The notes under the pieces are model-generated. The model made no database searches and was not told where the DNA came from. It saw only the letters and a list, made by a program, of their open reading frames with translations. DNA of 64,000 bases from the human T2T-CHM13v2.0 reference genome, Homo sapiens. Below are positions 33,270-52,261 of this stretch, in pieces (the first letter of the stretch is position 1; every line of letters starts with the position of its first letter). Location: the NCBI RefSeq assembly GCF_009914755.1, contig NC_060927.1. One strand, given 5' to 3'. Position numbers and translations under genes: made by a program.

Positions 33270-35168
33270 ACCTTGTAGGAAAGGCCTCTACATATCCAGT
33301 GAAAGTGTCTACCTAGACTAAGAGATACTTTCGTTTTCTGACTCGGGGCATGTGAGTAAAGTCAACTTGCCAGTCCTGGGCAGGGACAAATCCTTGAGCT
33401 TGATGTGTAGGGAAGGGAGGGGGCCTGAACAATCCCTGAGGGGTAGTAGAATAGCAGATGGAACACTGAGAAGTGATCTCCTTGAGGATAGATTTCCAGG
33501 ATGGAAAGGAAATGAGAGGTTCTAAGAGACGGGCTAGCGGCTTGTAACCTACATGGAAGAGGTTATGAAATGACGACAGAATAGAATGGGCCTGTGAGGC
33601 TGGAAGGAGATATTTTCCTTGGTCTAAGAACTATTTGCCTTGTGTGGGAAGAGATTGATAGGTGGAAGTTTCAGCAGGGGAGTAGGTGGGAGTGACTGAG
33701 GGGAAGGAGAAAAAGTGAAAGTGAGGGATATAAGTTGGAATGCTAGCTGCTTTTTTAGCTATCTTATCAGCATAAGCATTGTCCTGAGCGATGGGATCTG
33801 ATGCCCTTTGATGGCCTTTGCAGTGAATGACTCTAGCTTCCTTTGGAAGTAAAGCAGCTTTGAGAAGCATTATTATTAAAGAGGCATTAATGATAGAGGA
33901 CATTTGTGTAGTGAGGAAACCTCTTGCATGGAGGTGCAGGATATGGAAGGCATATTTAGAGTCAGTATAAATATTGACATTTAGTCCTTTTGCAGGAGTG
34001 AGGGCTTGACTTAAGGCAATGAGTTCGGCTTGCTGAGAGGTAGTGGAGGGGGAAAGAGCGGTAGCCTCAATGATAGATGTGGAAGATACTATAGCATAGC
34101 CTGCCTTTGCTGGTGAGTGGAGATTAGGCTTGGTGGAACTGCCATCAATAAGCTAAGTGTGTTCAGGGTGAGGAACATGAAAGAAAGAAATGTGGGGAAA
34201 TGGGGTGAACGTCAGGTGGATCAGAGAGAGGCAGTCATGAGGGTCAGGTGTGGTATCCAGAATAATGTGGGAGACTCAACAAAGAGTGAGTACAGCTGAA
34301 GGAGCCAGGAAGCAGACAGTATATGTGTCAGGTGTGAGGAAGAAAATAGATTTTGGAAGTTATGAGAACTGTAGAGAATGAGTTGAGCATAGTTTGTGAT
34401 TTTAAGGGCCTCTAAAAGTATTAGGGCAGTGGTAGCCGCCATACGCAGACTTGAGGGCTAGGCTAAAACAGTAAGGTCAAGTTGTTTGGATAAAAAGGCT
34501 ACAGGGTGCGGTCCTGGTCCTTGTGTAAGAATTCTGACCGCACTAAGCATGCCTAGGAAGGAAAGGAGTTGTTGTTTTGTAAGGGATTGAGGTTTGGGAG
34601 ATTAGTCAGATACGATCAGCAGGGAGAGCACGTGTGTTTTTATGAGAATTATGCCGAGATAGGTAACAGATGGGGATGAAATTTGGGCTTGACTGAAGTA
34701 ATGGGACCTGTCTGTGAAGCCTTGCGGCAGTACAGCCCAGGTAATTTGCTGAGCCTAATGAGTGTCAGGGTCACTCCAAGTGAAAGCGAAGAGAGGCTGG
34801 GATGAAGGGTGCAAAGGAATAGTAAAGAAAGCGTGTTTGAGATCCAGAACAGAATAATGGGTAGTAGAGGGAGATATTGAGGATAGGAGAGTATGTGGGT
34901 TTGGCACCACAGGGTGGATAGGCAAAACAATTTGGTTGATAAGGCTCAGATCCTGAACTAACCTGTAAGGCTTGTCTGGTTCGAGGACAGGTGAAATGGG
35001 GGAATTGTAAGTAGAGTTTATAGGCTTTAAAAGGCCATGCTGTAGCAGGCGAGTGATAACAGGCTTTAATCTTTTTAAAGCATGCTGTGGGATGGGATAT
35101 TGGCATTGAGCGGGGTAAGGGTGATTAGGTTTTAATGAGATGGTAAGGGGTCCATGATCGGTCACCAA
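33270..35168 (-). pseudogene. HERV-H pol remnant (RT, RNase H, integrase), frameshifted and deleted
   Basis: RT: YRLVQDL...YSVLDLKHAFFTIPL...FAFTW (ORF 34755-35168). RNase H: VIHCKGHQ...DNAYADKIAK (ORF 33631-33903). Integrase: PAQDWQVDFTHMP...LLV*VDTFTGYVEAFPT (~33270-33385). Confidence 0.9.
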
Positions 35169-35299
35169 GGAGGGAGTAGAGGTATATTATACTTGTGGGT
35201 TAAGGTGGGGGGATACAAGAGGAGGACGCAAAGGAGGCTTTGGATTGGGAAGAAGGGCAGCAATGAGATGTAGCCTTAGTCCAGGAATAGTCAGGGAAG

Positions 35300-35525
35300 C
35301 AGATAGTTTAGTTAAAGTGTCTCGGCCTAATAAGGGAACTGGGCAGGTGGGGATAACTAAAAAGGAGTGCTTAAAAGAGTATTGTCTAAGTTGGCACCAG
35401 ATTTGAGGAGTTTTAAGAGGTTTAGAAGCTTGACTGTCAATACCTACAACAGTTATGGAGGCAAGAGAAACAGGCCCTTGAAAAGAAGGTAATGTGGAGT
35501 GGGTAGCCTCCGTATTAAGAAGGGG
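35300..35525 (-). pseudogene. HERV-H protease remnant
   Basis: LNTEATHSTL (degenerate DTGA active site) and VPLLGRDTLTKL motifs. Confidence 0.8.
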
Positions 35526-35617
35526 ACGGACTTACTCTCCACTGTGAGAGTTACTTAGAGCGTCTGTGATGGTCCTGTAAGCTTCTGAGGCAATCAGGCG
35601 GTGTCAGTCTTCAGCTG

Positions 35618-35929
35618 CTAAGCCGAGAAGATCTGGGAAGGAGTCAGAGAGCCTTCAGCCAGAGTTCCAGGGGCTCTGGGAGTGGCTGCCAGGTGAGTTG
35701 AACAGTCCGATTTCCAGTGGGGTCCTGCACAGATGGGACACGGCTTAGGAGGAATCCTGGGCTGCGGGCATTCCTTGGCCTGGTGGCCAGATTTCTGGCA
35801 CTTGTAGCAAGCTCCTGGGGGAGGCAGTTCTGGATGTACACCTAGCCACTGCGGTTCAGGCGTTTGGAAGTTCTTGTGTGCTGGAGATGTGGCTGGAGTT
35901 TGTCTCACAGTGGAGGCAAGGAATTGCAA
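35618..35929 (-). pseudogene. HERV-H gag nucleocapsid remnant
   Basis: Two CCHC zinc knuckles, CYKCQKSGHQAKEC and CPICAGPHWKSDC; no long upstream gag ORF. Confidence 0.9.
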
Positions 35930-37293
35930 CTCGGAAATATGTTGCTACTTGGCTGCCTCTACTCTATTATTGTACACCTTGAAGGCAAGGTTAAGTAAGT
36001 CCTGTTGTGGGGTTTGAGGGCCGGAATTTAATTTTTGGAGCTTTATTTAATGTTGGGAGCAGATTGGGTAATACAATGTATATTGAGAATAAGACGGCCT
36101 TTTGACCTTTTAGGATCTAGGGCTATAAAGCATCTCAGGGTTGCTGCCGAACGAGCCATGAACTGGGCTGGGTTTTTATATTTGATGAAGAAGAGCCTAA
36201 ACGCTCTCTGATTTGGGATAAAGAAAAAGGAGCATTAACCTTGACTATGCCTTTAGCTCCAGCCACTTTTCTAAGAGTAAATTGCTGGGCAGGTTGGGGA
36301 GGGCTAGTCACGGAACGAAACTATAAGCTGGACTGGGTGTGAGGAGGGGAGGGGATAAAAGGATTATAGGGTGGAGGAGCGGAGGCTGAGGAAGAATTGA
36401 GACCTCGCTCGGCCTGGTGAGGGGAGAGGTCAGATGGGTCTGTAGAAAAGGAAGATTAGACAGACTCAGCGACGCTTGGGGTTGGGACTGGGGACAGGTG
36501 GGAGGGAAAGAAGGAAGATTTGGGACGAGTCACATTGGGAACAGAGACTAGGGAGGGACCGATGTGTAAAAGAATGCCTGGACATCAGGCACCTCAGACC
36601 ATTTGCCTATTTTACGACAAGAATTATTTAGATCTTGTAGGATGGAAAAATTGAAAGTGCCGTTTTCCGGCTATTTGGAACTACTGTCGAGTTTGTATTG
36701 GGGTCAAGCGGCATTGCAGAAGAAAATAAGGCATTTAGGTTTTAGGTCAGGAGTGAGTTGAAGAGGTTTTAAGTTCTTAAGAACACGGGCTAAGGGAGAA
36801 GAAGGAGGAATGGAAGGTGGAAGCTTGCCCATAGTGAAGGAGGCAAGCCCAGAGAAAGGAGAGTAGAGACACGGAGAAGGGGTGGGGGATTCTTACCCTC
36901 CAGAAAAGTGGAAAAGGGGTCAGGGCACGGAAAAAAGGGATGGGGCACAGAGATAAGAGGTTGGGGTTCTTGTCCCTCCTCCAGGAAAGTGGGACTTGCC
37001 GCAAAGGGTGAAGGACCAAGGCAGGCGTCCCTGCGTGGTCTGACACCTCTGAAACGTGGGTGAATAATCAGGCGTCCCTGCAATGATTAAACACCAAGGG
37101 AAGGCTGCCTTCCCAGTCCATGACCGGCGCCAGAGTTTTAGGTCCATAGATAAAACGTGTCTCCTTTGTCTCTACCAGAAAATGAAAGGAATTGAAATTA
37201 AGAGAAGGCAGAGATTGAAGTGTGGCATCAAGATTGAGAGGAGAAAGGTTGAGGAATAGTGAGGGAGGTTGGAGAAGAGAGTAAAAAGAGGCT

Positions 37294-37302
37294 GCTTACC
37301 TG
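37294..37302 (-). promoter_or_regulatory. HERV-H leader major splice donor
   Basis: Minus strand AATCAG|GTAAGC, ~145 nt downstream of the 5' LTR, where HERV-H carries its donor. Confidence 0.8.
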
Positions 37303-37425
37303 ATTTAAAATTGGTGAGATGTTCCTTGGGCTGGTGGGTCTGAGGACCTGAGGTCATAGGTGGATCTTTTTCACGGAGCAAAGAGCAGGAGGACAGGGGA
37401 TTGATCTCCCAAGGGAGGTCCCCCG

Positions 37426-37443
37426 ATCCGAGTCACAGCACCA
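37426..37443 (-). promoter_or_regulatory. HERV-H primer binding site (tRNA-His)
   Basis: TGGTGCTGTGACTCGGAT, one CpG-type mismatch from the tRNA-His PBS TGGTGCCGTGACTCGGAT. Confidence 0.92.
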
Positions 37444-37445
37444 AA

Positions 37446-37854
37446 TTTCATGTGCGTCCGTGTGAAGAGACCACCAAACAGGCTTTGTGTGAGCAATAAA
37501 GCTTTTAATCACCTGGGTGCAGGCGGGCTGAGTCCGAAAAGGGAGTCAGCGAAGGGAGATAGGGGTGGGGCCGTTTTATAAGATTTGGGTAGGTAAAGGA
37601 AAATTACAGTCAAAGGGGGGTTCTCTGGCGGGCAGGAGTGGGGGTCACAAGGTGCTCAGTAGGGGAGCTTTTGAGCCAGGATGAGCCAGGAGAAGGAATT
37701 TCTCAAGATAATATCATCAGTTAAGGCAGGAACAGGCCATTTTCACTTCTTTTGTGGTGGAATGTCATCAGTTAAGGCAGGAACCGGCCATCTGGATGTG
37801 TACGTGCAGGTCACAGGGGATATGATGGCTTAGCTTGGGCTTAGAGGCCTGACA
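37446..37854 (-). mobile_element. HERV-H 5' LTR (LTR7 family), 409 bp
   Basis: Two U3 repeat units; TATAAAA (37574-37580); CCCCACCCC GC/GT box; ATTAAA poly(A) signal; directly followed by the PBS. Confidence 0.95.
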
Positions 37855-37998
37855 GAAACCACTGACATAAAGGGAGATGCCAGGAACCACTGGGCACCAG
37901 GTGGATGGAAAGGGCCCAGGTTGGAGGAGGGCTGGGGAGACAACCGGTGGACTGTTTGGGTTTTATTGCCATATTCTGTGTACATAAAAAACAACATA

Positions 37999-39393
<1,395 letters not shown>

Positions 39394-39749
39394 TGCACGT
39401 TTTATTTGAACCTCAGGTACACAGATTAATCATCATCCTGAGTTCATAACACTCTTACACTCTAATCATAGTCCATGCATGGCCTCCTTCCTCCCTCCTT
39501 CCCTATTTTTTGTTTATAGTCAGCACTGAAGCTAGTCGTGACAACCTGCATTCAACTGTAACAATATGCTTCTTCAGTTCATCACCCTCCCATCTTTTTC
39601 CTCCCAAGGTAACCTCCCAAATCCCCCATTGATCACGGGCTTGCATTTCTTGTAATCTTGGTAGTTTATAATTAAATGGAAAAGATACCACACTGTATGT
39701 AATCTTTCAGGACTTTATTCACTTACCATTATGCAACATGTTACATCCT

Positions 39750-40150
39750 CTTGGCCTCACCTATCCCTTGATCCAGCCACCACTGCAGTGCTAGCCCTGC
39801 AAGGCCTACGACCATGTCATGCCAGCATAACCTGATAGCTGTGATTTGGGCCTTCAACTGTCACCTTGGCGCTTTCCTGTGGACACTGCCATGGGACCTG
39901 CTCAGCGGCCACACAGTGCAACTTGCAAGTGCTGCAGGGGAATTCACTCCCTGTGAGGTAACACTGACCAATGGGACACAGGAACCAGTGCGTGCATTCT
40001 TCCTCCTCCTCTCCTGGACCAGACCACCCTGAGGCACATTTTACACAGCTTCTCAGAGGACAGTCCTGTGGAATCGAGCAACCAATCACACAGTGGTGGC
40101 TAACTCAGTAATATCCTCATATTGGCTCACTCTCCTTCCCTGGTTCACTC
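39750..40150 (+). mobile_element. ERVL LTR, LTR16-like
   Basis: Hallmark blocks tgaccaatgggacacaggaaccagtg...ccctgaggcacattttacacagcttctcagagg...cacagtggtggctaactcag...attggc resemble LTR16 consensus as I recall it. Confidence 0.6.
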
Positions 40151-40400
40151 ATGATGATGGCTCAGCGGGCCACGTGGATACAAGCTGAAAATGTGTGCTG
40201 GCTGCACTAATAGTGTTATTTCAGGGGTAGCCTTGAAAGACAGCAGTGAAAGGAAACACTCCCAATGGGCAAAGCTCTGGGCAGTGCATCTGATCATCCG
40301 CTGGAAAGAAAATATACAGACTCAGGGAGTGGTGAACGGCTTGGCTGATTGGCCAGGGGACTGGAAAGAGAAAGACCGCAAGGCCCCAGAGGGATGAGTG
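40150..40400 (+). mobile_element. ERVL-class internal fragment (RNase H region)
   Basis: ORF 40191-40397 GVALKDSSERKHSQWAKLWAVHL...VVNGLADWPGDWKEKD resembles class III ERV RNase H (GKSSQWAELRAVHL...AVANGLAGWSGTWK). Confidence 0.75.
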
Positions 40401-41005
40401 AGACAAAACGAGTCTTCAGCCACTATACTTCTCAAACAAGCAAGTCATTTGAACAAGAGGTGGATTTCTTACAAAATGCAAACTCTGAGTAATGAGGCCA
40501 CTGCATATCAGAAAAAAAGCCCAGAAAAAAACCTGCATAATACATGTTATGACTGAAAGCCAGGTATGGATGGAATGAAAGGGACAGGCAGAGCTGGACT
40601 AGCTAGGGGGCTGTAAGGGTGCTCAGAACAGCAGATGACCTGATACAAAACCTGGAGTGGATGTCACAGTTCCTGTGGAGCAAAGATCTAAGTCTCAGCT
40701 GATACAACTCAGTCTGGGGCAAACGACAGCAGAGGGACAAGACTTAGATATGGGGTTGCATCCCCAGATTCATTCCTACCCAGGAGGAAGTCCCAAATAT
40801 TCCTAAACTTACTACATACTTGCTGTGGTTTTGTGAGGTGGTGTGTTGTGTGTGTGTGTGTGTCTGTTTGCCTGGATTGTGCTTCTCTTTTGCAAGAACC
40901 TGTTCACTGGATACATTTATTGTGACCCCTGTTGGTGACTCATATCAGGAGCAGTCAGATGCATGCCCAAGAATGGTGTTTACTCATAAAGCTTGCCAAG
41001 CATAA

Positions 41006-41386
<381 letters not shown>

Positions 41387-41399
41387 TAGCTGAACATCC

Positions 41400-43750
41400 C
41401 TGTCTGTCGAATGGATGCTGGGAACTCTACTGTGGATTAGGGAAGCTTCAAAAAGAGTGTGGCCATCTTTTGTTTCAATTGTGCTGACATAATAAAAATG
41501 AATGAATGTTTTGCTGCCATCCTACCTGGTACTTGGTTTGCAACCTAGGGTATTGCTAATGCATTATTTTAGATCTCCCTGTGGGGAATGTCAGTTTGCT
41601 TTCACGAGCACAGCATATAGCACACTTTTATTGCCCTGAATTTCCCAGTGATGTGGCATCAGTGGGTTGGACAAACCCAGCACAGTGTGAACTGCTGGTG
41701 TATGGGCAGGCATTTCCATCATGTCTGCACAAAGAAGACTGCTTTCAGGGCGTTACATGCCACCCAAGCACCACTGACGAAAGACAGGTGGGCCCTGAGC
41801 AAGGACAAAACCCAGGCGCTCTGCCTTTCAAGTGGTCATCTTGGGGGCTGTGTCACAGCTCAAATAGATATTTCACAATTAAATAAGGAAAACTTTGTAA
41901 TAGCCACCAACTACAAAAGAAGAAGAAGGAGGAGGAGGAGGAAGAGGAAGAGGAAGAGGAAGAAGAAGAAGATAGAAGAAGGACAAGGAGGAGAGGAGGA
42001 GAGGAGGGGGAGGGGGAGGAGGAGGAGAAAAGAAGAAAAAAGAAAGAAGAAGAAGAAGAAAAGTGGCCCTACAGCAAAATTGGCCGCTGGATGGTACATC
42101 CCAAACCTAAGAATATTCCTACAGCTTCCATCCCCCAAGTCATCAGACATGTGGCCACATTTGCCCAAGAGCCTGAACAACAAAGAACCTAAGAATCAGC
42201 CCAGACAGCAGTAACAGAAGCCTTGCCCTAGAGCCTTTATTTCCTTTGGGTCAAGGAACTACAGGGGTCTGGGACTAACTGCACAGTTGATTAGAGCCTT
42301 TGGCAAACCAGACTTCTCTGGTTCTTCTTCTAGACTTTGACCTTTTGAACTTGAGGACTTCTTCCTGCTGCTGAGAAACAACGGCCAGCATCACTGAGCC
42401 CTGCCTACGCAAAACAGTCTTCAACTTGACATTCTCATCCTGCAATTCTGAACTAAGTTTCACAAATGGGTGGGACAAGCTCCAGAACATCCCATCACGA
42501 GAAGAAAATGGATCTTCCAATTAAGGGCCAAACCCAGCTCCTCAGCCTTTAGCCATCTTCAGGGTGGGTCAAACAGGTGGTGGCCCACCCAGGAGACAGA
42601 AATAGTGTCTTTCCTACTGTTTTACAAAAACTGCTGGTTTTATGAAGATGCCACCTATGAAACAGGCCACCTGACAAGAAAGCATCACTGAAGAAAGAGC
42701 CCACCCACCTCTGAGCAAGCAGGGCCTTTGGAATGCTACAGCCATCTAGTGATGGCGCAAGGGTGATGGCCCACAGCTTTGGGCACTCTGTGCAATGGGC
42801 TGAACTCCAGAAGGGATTTCTGGCCACAGAGAGTACTGCCCTAAGATTAAACATGCCACATGGGCTGTCACGAATGGCCCATCTGTATGGTCAGATCTTT
42901 GGGCCAACCAGGACTGGACCAGAAAAGACATACCGAATATTGGATGGCCCCTACCTTGGGGACATGTAACTATTTAATTACAAACTCAGTATCTATCTAT
43001 ATGGTTATATGAAGCAAACACATCTAGTGAAAAGCATTTAAAGTGAAAAAGTCAAACATATGTGGCCATCACCTCCACTACAGACCAATCAACCTGTGCT
43101 CAAATCCACCATATGCATGGAACCACCATAAAGGATTGAGATGCCCAGTGATCAATTATGGAGGCCATTGTTTTTTGTTTGTTTTTTTGAGACGGAGTCT
43201 CGCTTTGTCACCCAGGCTGGAGTGTAGTGGTGCAACCTCAGCTCACTGCAAGGTCCGCCTCCCGGGGTCATGCCATTCTCCTGCCTCAGCCTCCTGAGTA
43301 ACTGGACTACAGGCGCCCGTATCACACCCAGCTAATTTTTTGTATTTTTTTTTTTTTTTAGTAGAGACAGGGTTACACCGTGTTCACCAGGATGGTTTTG
43401 ATCTCCTGACCTCGTGATCTGCCCACCTCGGCCTCCCAAAGTGCTGGGCTTACAGGCGTGAGCCACCGCACCTGGCCAGAGGCCATGTTTAACTGCAAAG
43501 ACTATATTATTTGCCAGCTATACCAGACCCTTCAATGCTGACTTCCACAGGGACAGCTGGTCCACCTTCATCTACTTACAAGCTGCACAAGCTGATGATA
43601 ATCACCTCTGCTTACCCGAGCTCCCTTCAATGGATAAATAGATGAATGGTTCATTTTGTTCAGATCTCTGTGGATAGACTAAAACTTGGATACTCTGTAT
43701 CAGGTGTTCTATGGCCACCTTCCTCTGCCTGCTATGTACTTATGATAACA
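41400..43750 (+). mobile_element. Highly decayed ERVL-class pol remnant (RT, connection, RNase H), interrupted by a purine microsatellite and an Alu
   Basis: Collinear motifs: LPGTWFAT*GIANALF*ISL (41522), QFAFT (41592), RWALSKDKTQ, KWVGQAPEHPITRRKWIFQLRAKP (42464), CWFYED, GHSVQWAELQ (42781), TWAVTNGPSVW (42858). Confidence 0.65.
41915..42063 (+). repeat. Polypurine (GAA/GAG/GGA) low-complexity tract
   Basis: ~150 nt that is almost all A/G. Confidence 0.95.
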
Positions 43751-44271
43751 AAATGGCAACTCGTGGGTCCAGAAAAAGGACAACTTGAGTCATCCCTAAG
43801 ACAGGATGACAGATCCCAACTGATCTGGTATAAATGTCTTGACCCTAGAAGTGCATGGAGGCCAAGGGGAAGTGAATCACTCTCTCTTTTTCTATTACAG
43901 GCATGAACAACAGTCCCAAATGTCCTTCTACGACTCTTCTAGTTCTCATGTTGTTAAATATGTCACCCCTGGCCCAGCCCAGCTGTAGAACCCCAAGGGT
44001 CAGGGGTTAAGACAAATTTGGATGGCATGGAGGTTTGTTTCCTCCCTCATTTTAGTAGCTTGTTGGAGAGATGGCTCAAAAGGTCCATATCAGCGCAGTG
44101 CACTAACATACTGAGTCTAGCCCCTGAACCTTTGAAGAGCCCTTTTTTGAATAAGGCCACTTACTATAACAGGGACTTTCATTCTTATAAAATTGCATAA
44201 TCACTGTTGCCCCCTCCAACTTCCCTATAAACATGTAGAGCACCATGGGGCAGGTCCCTCTCTGCATGTAG

Positions 44272-44523
<252 letters not shown>

Positions 44524-45479
44524 TAGAGACAGGGTTTTGCCATGCTGCCTAGGCTGCATACTCAACTTCTAATCTGCTCCTTTCCCCCAGCATATTAATT
44601 TTATCTGTACCACGAAGCACAGTGTCATATTAAGCTAGACAGCTTTCCCTGTCAGTAGAGAATTTCTGTATTTCACTGTGTGAACATATTCCCTTGTTCA
44701 GTAAAAATATTCTTTAATCAGAGAATGCTCATTGATGGCAGGAGCGACTGCTCTTGATTTTGAGGGCACAAGTTCAAGGAAATAGATGGGTGGGATATAA
44801 GGAATAAGTGCCTGCTGAAGAATGGCCCCATCCTCCATCCCTCCCTTTACCATGCCCTTCGCCCCCTCACTCTGTAGTACCTCCTCCGTCTGCCCCTGGG
44901 CTTGGGAATGCTAATGAATGTGATAAAAGTAGCTAGTTTTTTGTATCTTTGATAGAGATGGGGTTTCGCCATATTGCCCAGGCTGGTCTCAAACTCCTGA
45001 CTTCAAGTGATCTGCCCACCTTGGCCTCCCAAAGTGCTGGGATTACAGGCGTGAGTCACCGTGCCTGGACCCAAGGGTCATTTAAAACTTCAGGGTCTCC
45101 ATCCATGCCACCTACCCACAGAGGCTGGCTTTATTAACAGCTGGTTTCTTTCTCTGTTGCCCACATAAACCTGAGATTTAACTTGACTTAAGAGGATTCC
45201 AAGGGGAAAGCAATGGGTTGACATGGGTTTGTCCAGTGCCAACAGCAGGTCCCATTCTGCTTCTAGTGGAACAATCTTTCTGGGCATTTTAAATGCTCTG
45301 ACTTCAGATGAGAGAAGGAGGGCAACAGGTGGCTAGGCAAGGATCCAGAGGCTATACCACGTGCAGAGGTGATTAAGTACCTGAGGATCAAATAAAAAGG
45401 GCTCAGCCACTGGAAACCTAGAGTCACACTCCCAAATGACAAAATGGAACCAATATGAGGAGGAAGACTCCGTAAATCC

Positions 45480-46150
45480 AACAAACAGGAGAATTAGCAC
45501 CAAAAGAACTTAAGATCTTAACAGAATGGTTTCAAAGAAAATGTAGTATATGAAGTCAAAAGCTCAATGGACTTGCTAAATAGCAAATTAGTTAAAATTC
45601 AATGAATAAGTTAAAAACAGCTTAAGAAAAGAATTAGCGTTTGAGGCTGCCATGAGCCTCAAACATCCAGCCTTTTATCTCTCTGTAGCATAAAGAGATA
45701 AAAAAAGTAGAAAAAATTATAGGAAGGTTAAATATTGGAGGACTGAATGAGAAAGTCCCACATACATCTCATAAGGAATCTAGAACAAGAGAGAAAATAA
45801 GAAAACTAATTTCAAAATGAAAATAGATGAGAATTTTCCAGAAATTCAATTTCATTCCTCAAATTAAAGAAGCACAACACATCCCCAGCAAGTTAAATAA
45901 AAATAAATCCACAGACATCTCCAGTGAAACTCAATACCAAATTCAAAGATACAATCTTAAAAGAACCAAAGATTACCTAGTATGAATGCAGACTGACATC
46001 ATGTTTTTTGCAACATCAGGGGCCAGATGACAATGGAATAAAGTAATATCTTTGAAGTAATGAGAAAAAATATCAATCTAGAATTCTATACCCACCTTAG
46101 CTATTTTTAAGAGTAAGGGTAAAATAAAATTTCACTCTTGCAGAAAGGAC
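45480..46150 (+). mobile_element. Old L1 ORF1 remnant
   Basis: gatgagaattttccagaa, aagaagcacaacacatccccagcaag, ggccagatgacaatggaat and caatctagaattctataccca motifs. Confidence 0.7.
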
Positions 46151-46934
46151 ACCCAACTCTAGAGTTAGAAAACAGTAACCAAAAATAAGGTGGGACTCAA
46201 AGACTAAAATATGTTGGTAAATCTAAATCAGCAATGACTGCATAAAACAACATTAATAGTTAACTTAGGAAGTTGTTAAGATAAATGTAAAATACTAGGC
46301 AATAACAACATAGTACATGAGAAGAATTGATGGCCATTAATTCTTTTTTTTTTTTTTTTTTTTTGAGATGGAGTCTCGCTCTATCGCCCAGGCTGGAGTG
46401 CAGAGGCACTATCTCGGCTCACTGCAAGCTCCATCTCCCGGGTTCACGCCATTCTCCTGGATGACCATTAATTCTAATGTCTTAGTATCATTGAGGACAT
46501 GAGTAGGAGTTCTGATTAATATTACAAATCTTTATAAAATCAAATATGCATGCTAAAAATTTGATGCATATTCCTAGATTCTGAGGAATTCTAGCAAAGT
46601 GGCAGGAATGACAGAATTATAAAGTTGCTATTTTGCAACTGCTAACAAAGTAACTGATTTAGGCAAAGATCAATGGATGAAACCTTTTAGCTAAAAAGTT
46701 GATGGGAAACTTCACAGTGAGTGGGGAACACATGGTCAGTGCCTGAACCCACTAAGTGTGCACTGAATGTGGTATTACCAGAGAATACAGCACCACCTAC
46801 AAAAAAAAAAAAAAAAAAAAAGTTTAATCTGAATTTAAGCATGCCTTTAGGGCTTTCAGTTTACAGAAAATACTGGAAATAAAGGAATAAGTTAAATAAC
46901 ATAACAGAAATTAATAAATCCAAAATGTGAGATA

Positions 46935-51587
<4,653 letters not shown>

Positions 51588-52261
51588 TGACACACATTAC
51601 TGTACTTGTAGAAAAATTTGGCCACTGAATTCACCAATGTACCCAGATGTCTTATGAAATAAGTTTTTCTTACTGTTTAAGACACATTTAATTAGATTTT
51701 CTGCTTCTTGCAGCTTATTGCATATTGATACAATGCTCTTTATCAAAACAAAACTCAACTCTAAACTCTGAAGAATGTACAAATTCCAGTGAGTTCTTGA
51801 TGACTATAAAGACCCTGTTATTCTCACACAGGGTGGAGGCAGGAATTTCGCAAACTACACAAATAGCTGTAGTTTTACCAGCACCACCCTAATAATTTTG
51901 CTTCACACTTTCCCAATCATTGAACAGTTCCTAAGATAATGTGCCTATTTTGTTTTTAGCATTGTTAGCCACATCTAGAAATGTGACAAGGAGTCTAAAT
52001 TGCTTCTTTGGAAGTATTTAAAGCCATTTGTAAGTCTTCCTCTGTGGTTCCCTAAAAATGTTGTTTAAATGTGTATTCTAACTTTCCAACAAGAGGGACA
52101 GTTTATGGATGGGAAATGGATTTGTTTCTTTTCTATCCTAGATATATCTAAAATCTAGTATTCTATATAGGCACTCAACAAGATTGTGCAGCCAACTCCC
52201 ACAACTACAGAGACAGCTTTTCATTTAAACATCACACTTCTGTAATAAACACTTACAAAGG

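Larger units (their letters stand above)
31875..37854 (-). mobile_element. HERV-H provirus, ~6.0 kb internally deleted (env-less) type
   Basis: Two LTRs starting TGTCAGGCCTCT and ending CATGAAA on the minus strand; perfect 5-bp TSD GAAAC (31870-31874 and 37855-37859); His PBS, PPT and gag/pro/pol remnants. Confidence 0.96.

Noticed and set aside
33270-35929. HERV-H gag/pol as functional proteins
   Set aside because: Multiple stops and frameshifts, a degenerate protease active site (NTEA), a truncated RT and no env.
41648-42214. 188-aa ORF with an R/K-rich, NLS-like run
   Set aside because: The basic run is the translation of a purine microsatellite inside a decayed ERV; not a gene.
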